Below are positions 18,908 to 31,227 of a stretch of 64,000 nucleotides of DNA, in pieces. Under the pieces are notes generated by a model. That model saw only the letters and a program-made list of their open reading frames with translations. It ran no database searches and was not told the origin of the DNA. Location: NCBI GenBank assembly GCA_964491435.1, contig CAZBGE010000002.1:5256-69255 (forward strand). The letters are read 5' to 3'. Both the position numbers and the translations under genes were made by a program. Positions within the stretch are counted from its first letter, which is position 1; every line of letters begins with the position of its first letter. The stretch comes from an uncultured Smithella sp. (GTDB lineage: Bacteria; Desulfobacterota; Syntrophia; Syntrophales; Smithellaceae).

Positions 18908-20605
18908 ATGAAGAGTACTGTGTGGACATTATTGACGCCTCTCCTGTTTTCCGCCCGGAATGGATTAAGTCGGGACAAACAAAAAAACAACCGGACACGT
19001 CTTTTCCTGTTTCTTTTTATCGGTCTGGTTTTCTGGATAGGCGCCTTTCTCATCGTTTACCGTGTTTTGATCTATTTTCAAAGCGTGCAGGATTTTGGCG
19101 ACATCCTGGCCATGAAACTTCTTTCCATGATGATCATCACCTTCTTCACGCTACTGCTGTTCAGCAGCATCATCAACAGCCTGTCTCACTTGTATTTAAG
19201 CCGGGATTTATCCTTGCTGCATTCTCTGCCGGTTTCCATCCGGGATATTTTCTTTTCCCGGTGGCTGGCGAGCGCCTTTGATTCTTCCTGGATGGTGGTG
19301 GCTTTCAGTCTTCCCGTTTTTTTGTCTTACGGTCTGGTTTATAAAGCCGGCATTGTTTTTTACCTGATGGCACTTGCCGCAATCATTTGCCTGTGCCTGA
19401 TCGCCTCGGCTGTCAGCAGTCTTCTTGTTTTGCTGGGCGCGGCGCTGCTGCCCGCAGGAAAGATCCGTACTCTTTTCGTGATTATGGGCGTATTCCTGGC
19501 ACTTTTACTGGTGATGGTGATGAGGATGATCCAGCCGGAACAGCTTGTTAATCCGGATAGTTTTGCCTCGGTTGTTCTTTATTTAAATTCGATGCAGGCG
19601 CTCAGCCTGCCGTATCTGCCCACCACCTGGATTACCGATACGGTAAGATATTCCCTGAAAAATGAATGGAACCAGTCCTTTTTCAATCTGGCGCTTTCGG
19701 TGAGCTGTTTTTTTTCATTGATATTTTTCAACGAAATAGCTGCCCGCGTCACCTACTTTCGCGGCTTTTCCCGCGCTCAGACAACAGCTAAAAGGCTTTT
19801 TGCGCCGGTTAAATTAAACGGACACAACTGGGAAACCCTGCTGAATTTTCTTTCGCGCCCGGCTAAGGCTTTTGCCGTCAAGGAAATCCGCTCCTTTTTC
19901 CGCGATGCCACACAATGGCCGCAGCTTTTTTTAATCTGCGCGCTGATTGTGGTTTATCTTTATAATTTTTCCGTCTTGCCCCTTGATAAATCACCAATGA
20001 AAACAGTTTATCTCCAGAATGTATTTTCTTTTTTGAATGTCGGGCTGGCCGCTTTTGTACTGTCAGCCATCGCCGCCCGTTTTGTTTTTCCGGCGGTCAG
20101 CATGGAAGGGGAGGCTTTCTGGATTATTCAGTCGGCCCCTGTCTCGATGAAAACATTCCTTTGGATTAAGTTTTTTCTCTACTACATACCGCTCTTGATT
20201 TTGTCCGAGGTCCTGATTGTCGCTTCCAATATCCTGCTGGGGGTGACGCCGTTTATGATGTTTTTATCCGTCCTGACGATATTTTGTCTTGTGCCCGCCG
20301 TTGTGGCTCTAGCCGTGGGACTGGGCGCCCGCTATCCTGATTTCAAGTCGGAAAATCCGGCCATGTCGGCAACCAGTTTCGGCGGGGTGCTTTTTATGCT
20401 GCTCAGCTTTGGTCTTATTGCGCTGGTGATTATGCTGGAAGCTGGTCCTGTTTATCGTATCTTTATGTCCAGAATGCACGGCCAGAGTTTTACCCTGTGG
20501 CAAATTATCTGGTTTGTCTTTTCCTTTGCTTTTTCGCTTTTCCTTTGTATTTTTGCTGTTTTCTATCCCATGAAACTGGGTGAAAATAATCTGCGCAAAA
20601 GATAA
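18908..20605 (+). CDS. Polytopic integral membrane protein, unknown function
   Basis: 565 aa with at least 10 hydrophobic helices. It starts 3 nt after the response regulator stop. No catalytic motif recognised. Confidence 0.6.
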   Translation: MKSTVWTLLTPLLFSARNGLSRDKQKNNRTRLFLFLFIGLVFWIGAFLIVYRVLIYFQSVQDFGDILAMKLLSMMIITFFTLLLFSSIINSLSHLYLSRDLSLLHSLPVSIRDIFFSRWLASAFDSSWMVVAFSLPVFLSYGLVYKAGIVFYLMALAAIICLCLIASAVSSLLVLLGAALLPAGKIRTLFVIMGVFLALLLVMVMRMIQPEQLVNPDSFASVVLYLNSMQALSLPYLPTTWITDTVRYSLKNEWNQSFFNLALSVSCFFSLIFFNEIAARVTYFRGFSRAQTTAKRLFAPVKLNGHNWETLLNFLSRPAKAFAVKEIRSFFRDATQWPQLFLICALIVVYLYNFSVLPLDKSPMKTVYLQNVFSFLNVGLAAFVLSAIAARFVFPAVSMEGEAFWIIQSAPVSMKTFLWIKFFLYYIPLLILSEVLIVASNILLGVTPFMMFLSVLTIFCLVPAVVALAVGLGARYPDFKSENPAMSATSFGGVLFMLLSFGLIALVIMLEAGPVYRIFMSRMHGQSFTLWQIIWFVFSFAFSLFLCIFAVFYPMKLGENNLRKR

Positions 20606-20782
20606 ATACCTGCCTGCCCGGCTAAAAGATGATTTCATTTTGCAAGGGTCGTTCCGGAAAATGTCAGCACTTGAAAATGATCTTGATTTTACCTGCCGGA
20701 TAAGCTAAGCATTCCCACATTCTGAATGACCTGTTGCATCAGCTCTTTCAGCGATCTTGTTGAGATATTGAAAGGAGTTTTC

Positions 20783-22864
20783 ATGGCAAAGTACGAATCC
20801 AAATCCCTCAGAAATATGGCCGTCATCGGCCACGGCGGCACGGGTAAAACCTCTCTTTGCGAATCCCTGTTGTATGTTTCCGGAAAAAACGAACGGCTGG
20901 GACGGGTGGACGACAACACCTCCACTATGGACTTTGAACCGGAAGAACAGAAAAAGCATGTTTCCATTTCATCGGCAGCCAATTTTGTCGAATGGGATAA
21001 ACATAAGATCAATATTGTCGATACGCCGGGTGATTCCAACTTCACCTTTGATATTCAGTGCTCGCTGAGCGTTGTGGATAACGCCGTTGTGGTGATTGAT
21101 TCCGTGGGCGGTGTGGAATTCCAGACGCAAAAAGTCTGGGAACTGGCCGATCAGTATGCTCTTCCCCGCATGATTTTCATCAACCGCATGGATCGGGAAA
21201 GAGCGGATTTTAATAAGGTGCTGGAAAGCATCAAAACCAAACTCAAGAAGAAAGCAACCCCCATTTGCCTGCCCATCGGCGCCGAGGAGAAATTTCAGGG
21301 GATTGTTGATCTGATTTCCATGAAAGCCTATACTTTCGCCGACAACAAAGGCGTCGGCAAGGCAGGAGACATCCCCGCAGATCTGATGGATGATGCTAAG
21401 AGTATGCACAGCTCCATGGTGGAAGATATTGCGGAATCCGATGACGAATTGATGAACAAATACCTGGAAGAAGGCGAACTTTCCCCCGATGAAATCAAAA
21501 CCGGCCTGAGGAAGGGCGTTCTGTCCGGAAGTGTTATTCCCGTGATCTGCGGGTCGGCTGCCAAGGGAATCGGTGCAACGATGCTGATGGATCTGGCGGT
21601 CAGTTCTTTCGCGTCGCCTGTTGACCGGGGGCCAGTGAAAGGCAAGAAACCCGGCGCCGAAAACGTGGAAGAAAGAAAACCGTCTGAAGACGAGGCTTTT
21701 TCGGCCATTGTCTTCAAGACCATCGCCGATCCCTACGCCGGACGTCTGACATTATTCCGGGTCTATTCAGGTAAACTCAATTCCGATACGGCGGTCTATA
21801 ACGCTTCGAGAAAAATCACGGAAAAATTCGGTCATATTTTCTTTCTGGAAGGCAAAAATCAAAAACAGGCGGAAATACTGGTTCCTGGTGATATCGCCGG
21901 TGTCGCCAAGCTGAAGGAAACCGTTACCGGCGATACGCTCTGCGCCGAAAAAAGTCCCATTGTGTTTGAGAAGGTTGCCGTGCCGCCGCCAATCATGTCT
22001 TTTGCCGTCGAGCCGAAATCGCGGGGCGACGAGGACAAAATCGCCTCCTCTATTCACCGCCTGACGGAAGAAGATCCGACGATCGTCTTCTCCCGCAATG
22101 TCCAGACGAAGGAGATGATCCTTTCCGGCATGGGGCAGGTGCACATTGAAGTGAATATCGAAAAAATGAAGAGAAAATTCGGCGTGGAAGTCAACCTGAA
22201 TACGCCGAAAGTTCCTTATCTGGAAACCATCAAAGGAAAGACCAACATTCAGGGCCGGTACAAGAAGCAGTCGGGCGGCCGCGGCCAGTTCGGAGATTGC
22301 ACGATCGACATGGAACCCCTGCCGAGGGGCGGAGGCTATGAATTTCTTGATAAAATCGTCGGCGGGGTAATTCCGGGACAATACCGGCCAGCTGTAGATA
22401 AAGGCATTCAGGAAGCGGCGGCCAAGGGAGTTATCGCCGGCTATCCCGTGGTGGATTTCCGTGTATCGCTGGTTTTCGGATCATACCACACGGTGGATTC
22501 GTCGGAAATGGCGTTCAAAATTGCCGGTTCGCTTGCCTTCCAGAAGGGCGTGATGGAATGCCAGCCGATCCTGCTGGAACCAATCGTGAACATTGCGATT
22601 GAAGTTCCTGATGAATACATGGGCGACGTCATCGGTGATCTCAACAGCCGGCGGGGCCGCGTTCTGGGTATGGATACCAACGGCGTCAATCAGGTCATCA
22701 AAGGCCAAGTGCCGCTGGCGGAAATTTTAAAGTATGCACCCGATTTGCGTTCCATGACCAGCGGGCGCGGCAACTTCACCTATACCGAATCACATTATGA
22801 AGAAGTTCCCTCTTACATCGCGGACAAGATTATCGCGGAATCGAAGAAAGAAGCGGAAGAATAG
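20783..22864 (+). CDS. Elongation factor G paralogue (EF-G-like translational GTPase)
   Basis: G1 motif 'AVIGHGGTGKTSL', 'DTPG', 'NRMD', plus EF-G domains II-V ('QSGGRGQFGD', 'GSYHTVDSSE'). RBS GAAAGGAG precedes ATG 20783. It is not in a str-operon context. Confidence 0.85.
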   Translation: MAKYESKSLRNMAVIGHGGTGKTSLCESLLYVSGKNERLGRVDDNTSTMDFEPEEQKKHVSISSAANFVEWDKHKINIVDTPGDSNFTFDIQCSLSVVDNAVVVIDSVGGVEFQTQKVWELADQYALPRMIFINRMDRERADFNKVLESIKTKLKKKATPICLPIGAEEKFQGIVDLISMKAYTFADNKGVGKAGDIPADLMDDAKSMHSSMVEDIAESDDELMNKYLEEGELSPDEIKTGLRKGVLSGSVIPVICGSAAKGIGATMLMDLAVSSFASPVDRGPVKGKKPGAENVEERKPSEDEAFSAIVFKTIADPYAGRLTLFRVYSGKLNSDTAVYNASRKITEKFGHIFFLEGKNQKQAEILVPGDIAGVAKLKETVTGDTLCAEKSPIVFEKVAVPPPIMSFAVEPKSRGDEDKIASSIHRLTEEDPTIVFSRNVQTKEMILSGMGQVHIEVNIEKMKRKFGVEVNLNTPKVPYLETIKGKTNIQGRYKKQSGGRGQFGDCTIDMEPLPRGGGYEFLDKIVGGVIPGQYRPAVDKGIQEAAAKGVIAGYPVVDFRVSLVFGSYHTVDSSEMAFKIAGSLAFQKGVMECQPILLEPIVNIAIEVPDEYMGDVIGDLNSRRGRVLGMDTNGVNQVIKGQVPLAEILKYAPDLRSMTSGRGNFTYTESHYEEVPSYIADKIIAESKKEAEE

Positions 22865-22870
22865 GCATCA

Positions 22871-23365
22871 ATGTTCCAGGCTGGAATCATCACTGTGAGT
22901 GATAAAGGCTCACAGGGCAAACGGGAAGACTTAAGCGGCCCCGCAATTGCAGAAATGCTTGCGGGTGCCGCTATTGAAATCAAACAGACTCTCATTATCC
23001 CCGACGAAATCGATCAAATACAGCAGGCCATTATAAAATTTGCAGACATTGAAAGACTGGATTTGATTATAACCACCGGCGGCACGGGAGTCAGTCCTCG
23101 CGATCTGACGCCTGACGCAACCATTAAAGTAATCGATAAGGAAATTCCTGGAATGGCAGAATCCATGCGCTACGCAAGCATGAAGATTACGCCGCACGCC
23201 ATGATTTCCCGCGCGGTCGTCGGCATTCGCGGCCGGTCTTTAATTCTTAACCTTCCCGGAAGTCCCAAAGGTGCAAGGGAAAATCTAGCCGCCGTCCTCC
23301 CCGCGCTTCCACACGCTATCGATAAAATCAAAGGCGATGACCGCGACTGCGCTGTTTCTCTATAG
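22871..23365 (+). CDS. mog: Molybdopterin adenylyltransferase / MoaB-MogA family protein
   Basis: 164 aa with motifs 'IITVSDKGS', 'IITTGGTGVSPRDLTPDAT', 'LNLPGSPKG'. Confidence 0.8.
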   Translation: MFQAGIITVSDKGSQGKREDLSGPAIAEMLAGAAIEIKQTLIIPDEIDQIQQAIIKFADIERLDLIITTGGTGVSPRDLTPDATIKVIDKEIPGMAESMRYASMKITPHAMISRAVVGIRGRSLILNLPGSPKGARENLAAVLPALPHAIDKIKGDDRDCAVSL

Positions 23366-23391
23366 ACTGAAAATTTTAAACGGGATGTTTC

Positions 23392-23841
23392 ATGCGCGCA
23401 GTGATTCAAAGAGTTGACCGGGCTTCCGTCAACATAAATTCTCAATTATTTTCAGCCATTAATCAGGGGTTGCTGGTGTTGCTGGGGGTGGAAAAAGGTG
23501 ATTCCGAAAAAGATGCTGATTATATTCTGGAAAAAACGGTCAATTTACGCGTTTTTGAAGATGAGCAGGGAAAGATGAATCTTTCCCTGATGGATATCGG
23601 AGGCGAAATGATGGTCGTTTCGCAGTTCACTCTGCTGGGAGACTGCATCAAGGGACGGAGACCATCGTTTACCAGGGCGGAAGAACCGGTCAAAGCACAT
23701 AACCTTTATGAGTATTTTGTTCGCCAGGCATCTGCGAAGGTCAAACAACTTACCACAGGAAGGTTTCAGGAAATGATGCAAATCGAATTAATCAATAGCG
23801 GTCCGGTAACTTTATTACTCGACAGCAGGAAAACATTTTAG
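23392..23841 (+). CDS. dtd: D-aminoacyl-tRNA deacylase
   Basis: 149 aa with motifs 'MRAVIQRV', 'GLLVLLGV', 'VVSQFTLLGD', 'GRRPSF'. Confidence 0.9.
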   Translation: MRAVIQRVDRASVNINSQLFSAINQGLLVLLGVEKGDSEKDADYILEKTVNLRVFEDEQGKMNLSLMDIGGEMMVVSQFTLLGDCIKGRRPSFTRAEEPVKAHNLYEYFVRQASAKVKQLTTGRFQEMMQIELINSGPVTLLLDSRKTF

Positions 23842-23842
23842 C

Positions 23843-25784
<1,942 letters not shown>

Positions 25785-25791
25785 CTGAACA

Positions 25792-28700
25792 ATGAAACAT
25801 GCAAATTTTGTCCACCTCCATGTCCATACGCAATACAGTCTCCTGGACGGTATGATTCGCCTTGATGACCTCTTTAAAAAGGCAAAGGAATTCGCGATGC
25901 CGGCCATGGCCATTACTGACCACGGCAACATGTTCGGCGCCATTGATTTTTACAAACAGGCCTATGCCAACGGCATAAAACCGATTATCGGTTGTGAACT
26001 TTATGTCGCGCCCAGAAGCCGTTTTGATAAGACAACTTCCTCCATCGGTGAAGCCACACGCCATTTGCTTGTTCTCGTTAAAAATATGCAGGGATATAAA
26101 AACCTGATGAAGCTGACTTCCGCCGCCCACATTGAAGGTTTTTATTACCGCCCACGCGTTGATAAGGAATTACTGAAAGAATGCAGAGACGGCCTGATCG
26201 CCTCCAGCGCCTGTCTGCATGGTGAGATCGCCTCTCATATTGTGAGAGGAAACATGGAAGATGCCCGAAAATCCGCACGGGAATATCTGGAAATTTTTGG
26301 AGAGGGAAATTTCTACCTGGAAATCATGGAAAACGGAATTCCCGATCAGAAAATCGCCAACCAGGGGTTGATTGCACTAAGCAAGGAATTATCCATCCCG
26401 CTTGTCGCCACCAATGACTGTCATTACCTCAATCGCGACCATGCAGAAGCGCACAATGTACTTTTGTGCATCCAGACAGGAAAAACCATCGAAGACAATG
26501 ACCGTATGGGAATGGCTACCGACCAGTTTTATGTCAAGTCTCCCGAGGAAATGCAGTCGCTTTTTGCAGTTATACCGGAAGCAATAGCCAACACTGTGAG
26601 TATCGCTGAACGCTGTAATCTGTCTTTTGAATTCGGAAAGTTCTATCTGCCGAAATTTGAGGTTAAGAATCCCGAAGAATCTCTGGAAGATTATCTGGAG
26701 CGCAAGGCGTCAACAGGGTTGGAAAAGCTCATGCCGACCATTTTAAAATATCAGAAAGACGACGAGGCTGTAGTACGGGAAAAATACCACAAGCGCCTGC
26801 GCTTAGAGCTTGGAATCATTAAAAAGATGGGGTTTGCCGGTTATTTTCTGATCGTTTCGGATTTTATCAAGCACGCTAAACATAATGATGTTCCAGTGGG
26901 TCCCGGGCGCGGTTCCGCCGCCGGTTCCCTGGTGGCTTATGCTATTCGCATCACCGATATTGACCCTCTTCGCTACGGGCTGTTCTTTGAACGTTTTCTG
27001 AACCCGGACCGTATTAGCATGCCGGATATTGATATAGATTTCTGCCAGGAACGCCGTGGAGAAATCATCAAATATGTGACGGAAAAATATGGTAAGGATA
27101 AAGTCACGCAAATTTGCACCTTTGGAAAAATGCTGGCCAAAGGCGTCATCCGCGATGTGGGGCGAGCGCTCAATATTCCCTACGGCGAGGTTGATCGTAT
27201 CGCCAAGCTTGTGCCTAATGTCTTGAATATTTCGCTTACCGAGGCTTTCAAAATGGAACCCCGGTTTTCCGAAGAACGAAAGAAAAATCCTCAGATTGAC
27301 AAGCTATTGTCGCTCTCGCTGATCTTGGAGGGTCTCAACCGTCATTCTTCCGTTCACGCCGCAGGCGTTGTCATTTCGGATGTTCCGCTGGTTGAACGCG
27401 TGCCGCTTTTTGCGCCTAAAGACGATATTGTTTCCCAGTATTCGATGAAGGATATTGAAGCAGTCGGATTGACCAAATTTGACTTCCTGGGGCTCAAGAC
27501 ATTGACTGTCATCAGAAATGCTCTGAATTTCATCAAGAATTCACATCATATGGACATTAATATCAATGATTTGCCGCTAGATGATCCCGAAACCTATCAA
27601 CTGTTGATGAAAGGTGAAACGGACGGTGTCTTTCAGCTGGAAAGCTCCGGCATGAAAGATCTGCTGGTCAATTTTAAACCGGATCGCATCGAAGATGTCA
27701 TTGCCCTGATTGCGGCTTATCGGCCCGGGCCCATGAAAATGATTCCTGATTTTATCGCGCGCAAGCATGGAAAACAACAGATCACCTACGAACTGCCGCA
27801 GCTTGAACCTATTTTGAAAGAAACCTACGGTATTATCCTGTATCAGGAACAAGTGATGCAAATTGCCAACGTCATTGGCGGCTATACCATGTCACAAGCC
27901 GACACACTGCGCAAGGTGATGGGCAAGAAAAAAGTTGCCGACATGGAAAAAGAGAAACCAAAATTTCTTGAGGGCGCTAAAAAGCAGAAAATTAATGAGA
28001 TCAAGGCAAAAACAATTTGGGACCAGATGGAGACCTTTGCCGAATATGGATTTAACAAGTCGCACAGCGCTGCCTATGCGATCATCACGTATCAGACTGC
28101 TTATCTCAAAGCGCATTATCCAGTCGCCTTTATGGCCGCGTTGCTCACCAGTGAAAAGGACAACCGCGATAAAATTATCAGACACATGACCAATTGCAAA
28201 GAAATGGGCATTAATATTCTTCCTCCGGATATTAATGAATCTCAGAAGGATTTCAGTGTATCCGGAGATAATATCCGTTTTGGATTGGGAGCAGTTAAAA
28301 ATGTCGGAGAAGCAGCGATCGAATCGATCATTGCCATGGGCAAAGAGTCGAAATTTACCTCTTTTATGGATTTTCTCAGCCGTGTTGACTTGCGCAAAGT
28401 CAATCGCAGAGTCATTGAAAGCCTGATTAAATGCGGTTCCTTTGATTCAATGGAATACACAAGGCACCAGCTCATGGAATGTCTGGATGCCGCCATGGAA
28501 GAGGCGCAGCGCAAGCAAAAGGAACTATTAAGCAATCAGGCAAGCATCTTCGATGAGTTGGATGCTGCGGAACAATCTAACGCCAATGGAGGAACATCTT
28601 TTCAAATACCCAATCTTCCTGAATGGGACCGCAAAGAACTCCTCTCGATTGAGAAAGATACCCTTGGTTTTTATATTACCGGCCATCCTTTGCACGGTTA

Positions 28701-29259
28701 TGACGATAAATTGAAACTGATCACCAATGCCAATTCCACAACCTTGAACACCAAAAAGGATAAGGATACCATTACCATCGTCGGCGTCGTCAGTTCTATC
28801 AGCGAACGTTTGACCAAGAAAAAGGACATGATGTGCAACGTCGTTTTGGAAGACTTGCAGGGATCCATCAATATCATCTTCTGGCCGGATATTTATAAGA
28901 AATTTTATGAATTGCTCCACGCGGATGAACCGGTTGTTATTCAGGGCAATATTGATATTGGCGATGAATCTTTAAAAGTCATCGCTCAGGATGTCATCCC
29001 ATTAAACAAAGCTTTGGAAAATCCTTATAAACAAGTACGCTTCATGGTTGATGCAGAAAAGATTGCACCTGAAAGTATCACATTGCTGAACGAGACGATT
29101 CAAAAATATAAAGGTAAATACGAATGTTATATACATATTCTTAATGAAAAAAGTGAAACAATTGTCAGATTGGGAGATGATACACGAATTGATATTTGCG
29201 ACAGGCTGCAACGGGAGACGGATGGCATTTTGGGAGAGGGCAGCACGATTTATTGTTGA
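25792..29259 (+). CDS. dnaE: DNA polymerase III alpha subunit
   Basis: 1155 aa. PHP domain 'FVHLHVHTQYSLLDG', 'ITDHGNMFGA'. Polymerase core 'GPGRGSAAGSLVAY', 'PDIDIDF', 'NKSHSAAYA'. OB-fold C-terminus. Confidence 0.95.
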   Translation: MKHANFVHLHVHTQYSLLDGMIRLDDLFKKAKEFAMPAMAITDHGNMFGAIDFYKQAYANGIKPIIGCELYVAPRSRFDKTTSSIGEATRHLLVLVKNMQGYKNLMKLTSAAHIEGFYYRPRVDKELLKECRDGLIASSACLHGEIASHIVRGNMEDARKSAREYLEIFGEGNFYLEIMENGIPDQKIANQGLIALSKELSIPLVATNDCHYLNRDHAEAHNVLLCIQTGKTIEDNDRMGMATDQFYVKSPEEMQSLFAVIPEAIANTVSIAERCNLSFEFGKFYLPKFEVKNPEESLEDYLERKASTGLEKLMPTILKYQKDDEAVVREKYHKRLRLELGIIKKMGFAGYFLIVSDFIKHAKHNDVPVGPGRGSAAGSLVAYAIRITDIDPLRYGLFFERFLNPDRISMPDIDIDFCQERRGEIIKYVTEKYGKDKVTQICTFGKMLAKGVIRDVGRALNIPYGEVDRIAKLVPNVLNISLTEAFKMEPRFSEERKKNPQIDKLLSLSLILEGLNRHSSVHAAGVVISDVPLVERVPLFAPKDDIVSQYSMKDIEAVGLTKFDFLGLKTLTVIRNALNFIKNSHHMDININDLPLDDPETYQLLMKGETDGVFQLESSGMKDLLVNFKPDRIEDVIALIAAYRPGPMKMIPDFIARKHGKQQITYELPQLEPILKETYGIILYQEQVMQIANVIGGYTMSQADTLRKVMGKKKVADMEKEKPKFLEGAKKQKINEIKAKTIWDQMETFAEYGFNKSHSAAYAIITYQTAYLKAHYPVAFMAALLTSEKDNRDKIIRHMTNCKEMGINILPPDINESQKDFSVSGDNIRFGLGAVKNVGEAAIESIIAMGKESKFTSFMDFLSRVDLRKVNRRVIESLIKCGSFDSMEYTRHQLMECLDAAMEEAQRKQKELLSNQASIFDELDAAEQSNANGGTSFQIPNLPEWDRKELLSIEKDTLGFYITGHPLHGYDDKLKLITNANSTTLNTKKDKDTITIVGVVSSISERLTKKKDMMCNVVLEDLQGSINIIFWPDIYKKFYELLHADEPVVIQGNIDIGDESLKVIAQDVIPLNKALENPYKQVRFMVDAEKIAPESITLLNETIQKYKGKYECYIHILNEKSETIVRLGDDTRIDICDRLQRETDGILGEGSTIYC

Positions 29260-29375
29260 AAGGCCATGTGTCATGGGCAATAACTTATCAGAAGTGTCCA
29301 CTACTTGTAGAAATGGGGAAATTTCAAGATTGCACGTAAAATGTATTTCCGTTGTGCTGTGGATAAATACTTAAA

Positions 29376-30095
29376 ATGACGTATGAGAAAAGAATCTACA
29401 GATCATTAATTAATAAAGATAATCTTATTTCATATAGAGTCAAAATCGCTGAAAGCGATCTTTTTATAAGTTCTGACTCAAACCTTTCAAAATTAGCTGA
29501 AAAATCTCTAACGCAACATCGTTATTCTTTAGAATCTTACATAAACAACCATCCAAACTTTCGTACATCTCTTCTACCGCTTCCCGATGACCATTTGGCG
29601 CCGTCGATTGTTCGAGACATGATCGCCAAATCAAAGGTTTGCGGCGTGGGGCCAATGGCTTCAGTTGCCGGTGCCGTTTCTGAATTTGTGGGAAACGACC
29701 TTCTCGATTCGACGGATAGCCTTATTATCGAAAACGGTGGAGACATCTTTCTCTTGTCTAGAAGAAATTTGACTGTTGCCGTTTATGCCGGAGAATCTAC
29801 ATTAAGTTATAAAGTCAATCTAATTATAAAACCAGAGGAAACACCGCTAGGAATTTGCACATCATCGGCTACGGTAGGACCGTCTTTAAGCTTTGGAAAG
29901 GCCGATGCCGTTTGTGTTATTTCCAAATCGGCGATATTAGCAGATGCGGCAGCATCCGCCATTGGCAATCGTGTAAAAGATAAGAAAGATATCAAACCAG
30001 CACTGGATTGTGGAATTAAAATTCCAGGCGTTCAAGGAATTGTGATTATCATCGGCAGTGATATGGGTGCAATCGGAAACATTGAACTGGTTTAG
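29376..30095 (+). CDS. UPF0280 / ApbE-like family protein
   Basis: 239 aa. 'GVGPMASVAGAVSEFVG', 'IIENGGDIFL' and 'GICTSSATVGPSLSFGKADAV' are recalled as UPF0280-type patterns. Confidence 0.5.
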   Translation: MTYEKRIYRSLINKDNLISYRVKIAESDLFISSDSNLSKLAEKSLTQHRYSLESYINNHPNFRTSLLPLPDDHLAPSIVRDMIAKSKVCGVGPMASVAGAVSEFVGNDLLDSTDSLIIENGGDIFLLSRRNLTVAVYAGESTLSYKVNLIIKPEETPLGICTSSATVGPSLSFGKADAVCVISKSAILADAAASAIGNRVKDKKDIKPALDCGIKIPGVQGIVIIIGSDMGAIGNIELV

Positions 30096-30224
30096 ATGAA
30101 TCAAAAAAACATTTTAAGTAGACATAACATTTATTATAGGACGTAATAAAAAATGGCCGGAACGGAAAAGGGAGGAAAATCATGATTTAAGTCATGGACG
30201 TAAAGTGGACATTGAAATGAAATT

Positions 30225-31190
30225 CTAAATCCCATCAGCCGCCAGTTGCTCGATAAGTTTCAACTGCTTGTCTGTCAATCTCCTCGGGACCTCGACGTTG
30301 ATTTTGACGTATTGATCTCCCCTGAGGGAGCCTTTGAGTCCTGGAACGCCATAGCCTTTCATGCGGATCTTAGTGTTGTTTTGTGTGCCGGGGGCAATCT
30401 TCAACCTTTTTGTCGTTCCATCCAACGTCGGAATGTCGATGGTTGTTCCCAGAGCCGCTTGGGTAAATTTGATGGTCTTTTCAATATACAGGTCATTGCC
30501 GTCCCTGGCGAATATTGGATGTGGTAATATATTGATATTTAAATATAAATCACCATTGAGACCGCCGTTGACACTTGGCATACCCTTTCCAGGCAACCTC
30601 AGTTTCTTACCGGAGCTGATGCCTGCGGGAATCTTCACATTGATATCTTCAATATGATTTTCCATTTGAAACGAGATTTTTTTATCTGTTCCCAATACTG
30701 ATTCTTCTAATGATACGGATAAATTATACTCGGCGTCCTGGCCTTTTTGCGGCATGTTGCCGTACTGACGGCTACCGCCGCCACCCATGCCGCCAAAAAT
30801 GCCTGCAAATGGGTCTTCCTCCTGATAGCCGCCTCCGCCTCTCCTGCCGCTGCGAAATGTTGCTCGCCCCCCTGCCCTAGGTCCTCCAAATCCGAAACTA
30901 CGCAAAATCTCATCGAGATCGAACCCCCGGAAAATGTCCTCCTGTGTATATTGCTGACGATACTGATCTGCGGAACCAAACTGGTCGTATTGCTCTCTCT
31001 TCTTCTCATCACTTAAAACAGCATAAGCTTCGCTGATTTTTTTGAATTTCTCTTCAGCGGCTTTGTTACCGGGATTTTTGTCCGGATGCCATTTGACAGC
31101 CAGTTTACGATAGGCTTTCTTGATTTCATCCGCAGGTGCTTTTTTATCGACACCCAGAACTTGATAGTAATCTTCTGCCATATTTTTCAA
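30225..31190 (-). CDS. cbpA: J-domain co-chaperone without zinc finger (CbpA-like DnaJ homologue)
   Basis: J domain 'DYYQVLGV...[14 protein letters not shown]', then a G/F-rich linker and DnaJ C-terminal domains. There is no CxxCxGxG repeat. Confidence 0.8.
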   Translation of the reverse strand: MKNMAEDYYQVLGVDKKAPADEIKKAYRKLAVKWHPDKNPGNKAAEEKFKKISEAYAVLSDEKKREQYDQFGSADQYRQQYTQEDIFRGFDLDEILRSFGFGGPRAGGRATFRSGRRGGGGYQEEDPFAGIFGGMGGGGSRQYGNMPQKGQDAEYNLSVSLEESVLGTDKKISFQMENHIEDINVKIPAGISSGKKLRLPGKGMPSVNGGLNGDLYLNINILPHPIFARDGNDLYIEKTIKFTQAALGTTIDIPTLDGTTKRLKIAPGTQNNTKIRMKGYGVPGLKGSLRGDQYVKINVEVPRRLTDKQLKLIEQLAADGI

Positions 31191-31227
31191 TATTCCTTTT
31201 CTATTATAATATCATGATGGCAGTAAT

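Noticed and set aside
20969-22381. Three long antisense ORFs (146, 131 and 204 aa) inside the EF-G paralogue gene
   Set aside because: The sense strand encodes an unmistakable EF-G with all G motifs. The antisense translations are low-complexity (R/G/F-rich) and lack start contexts.
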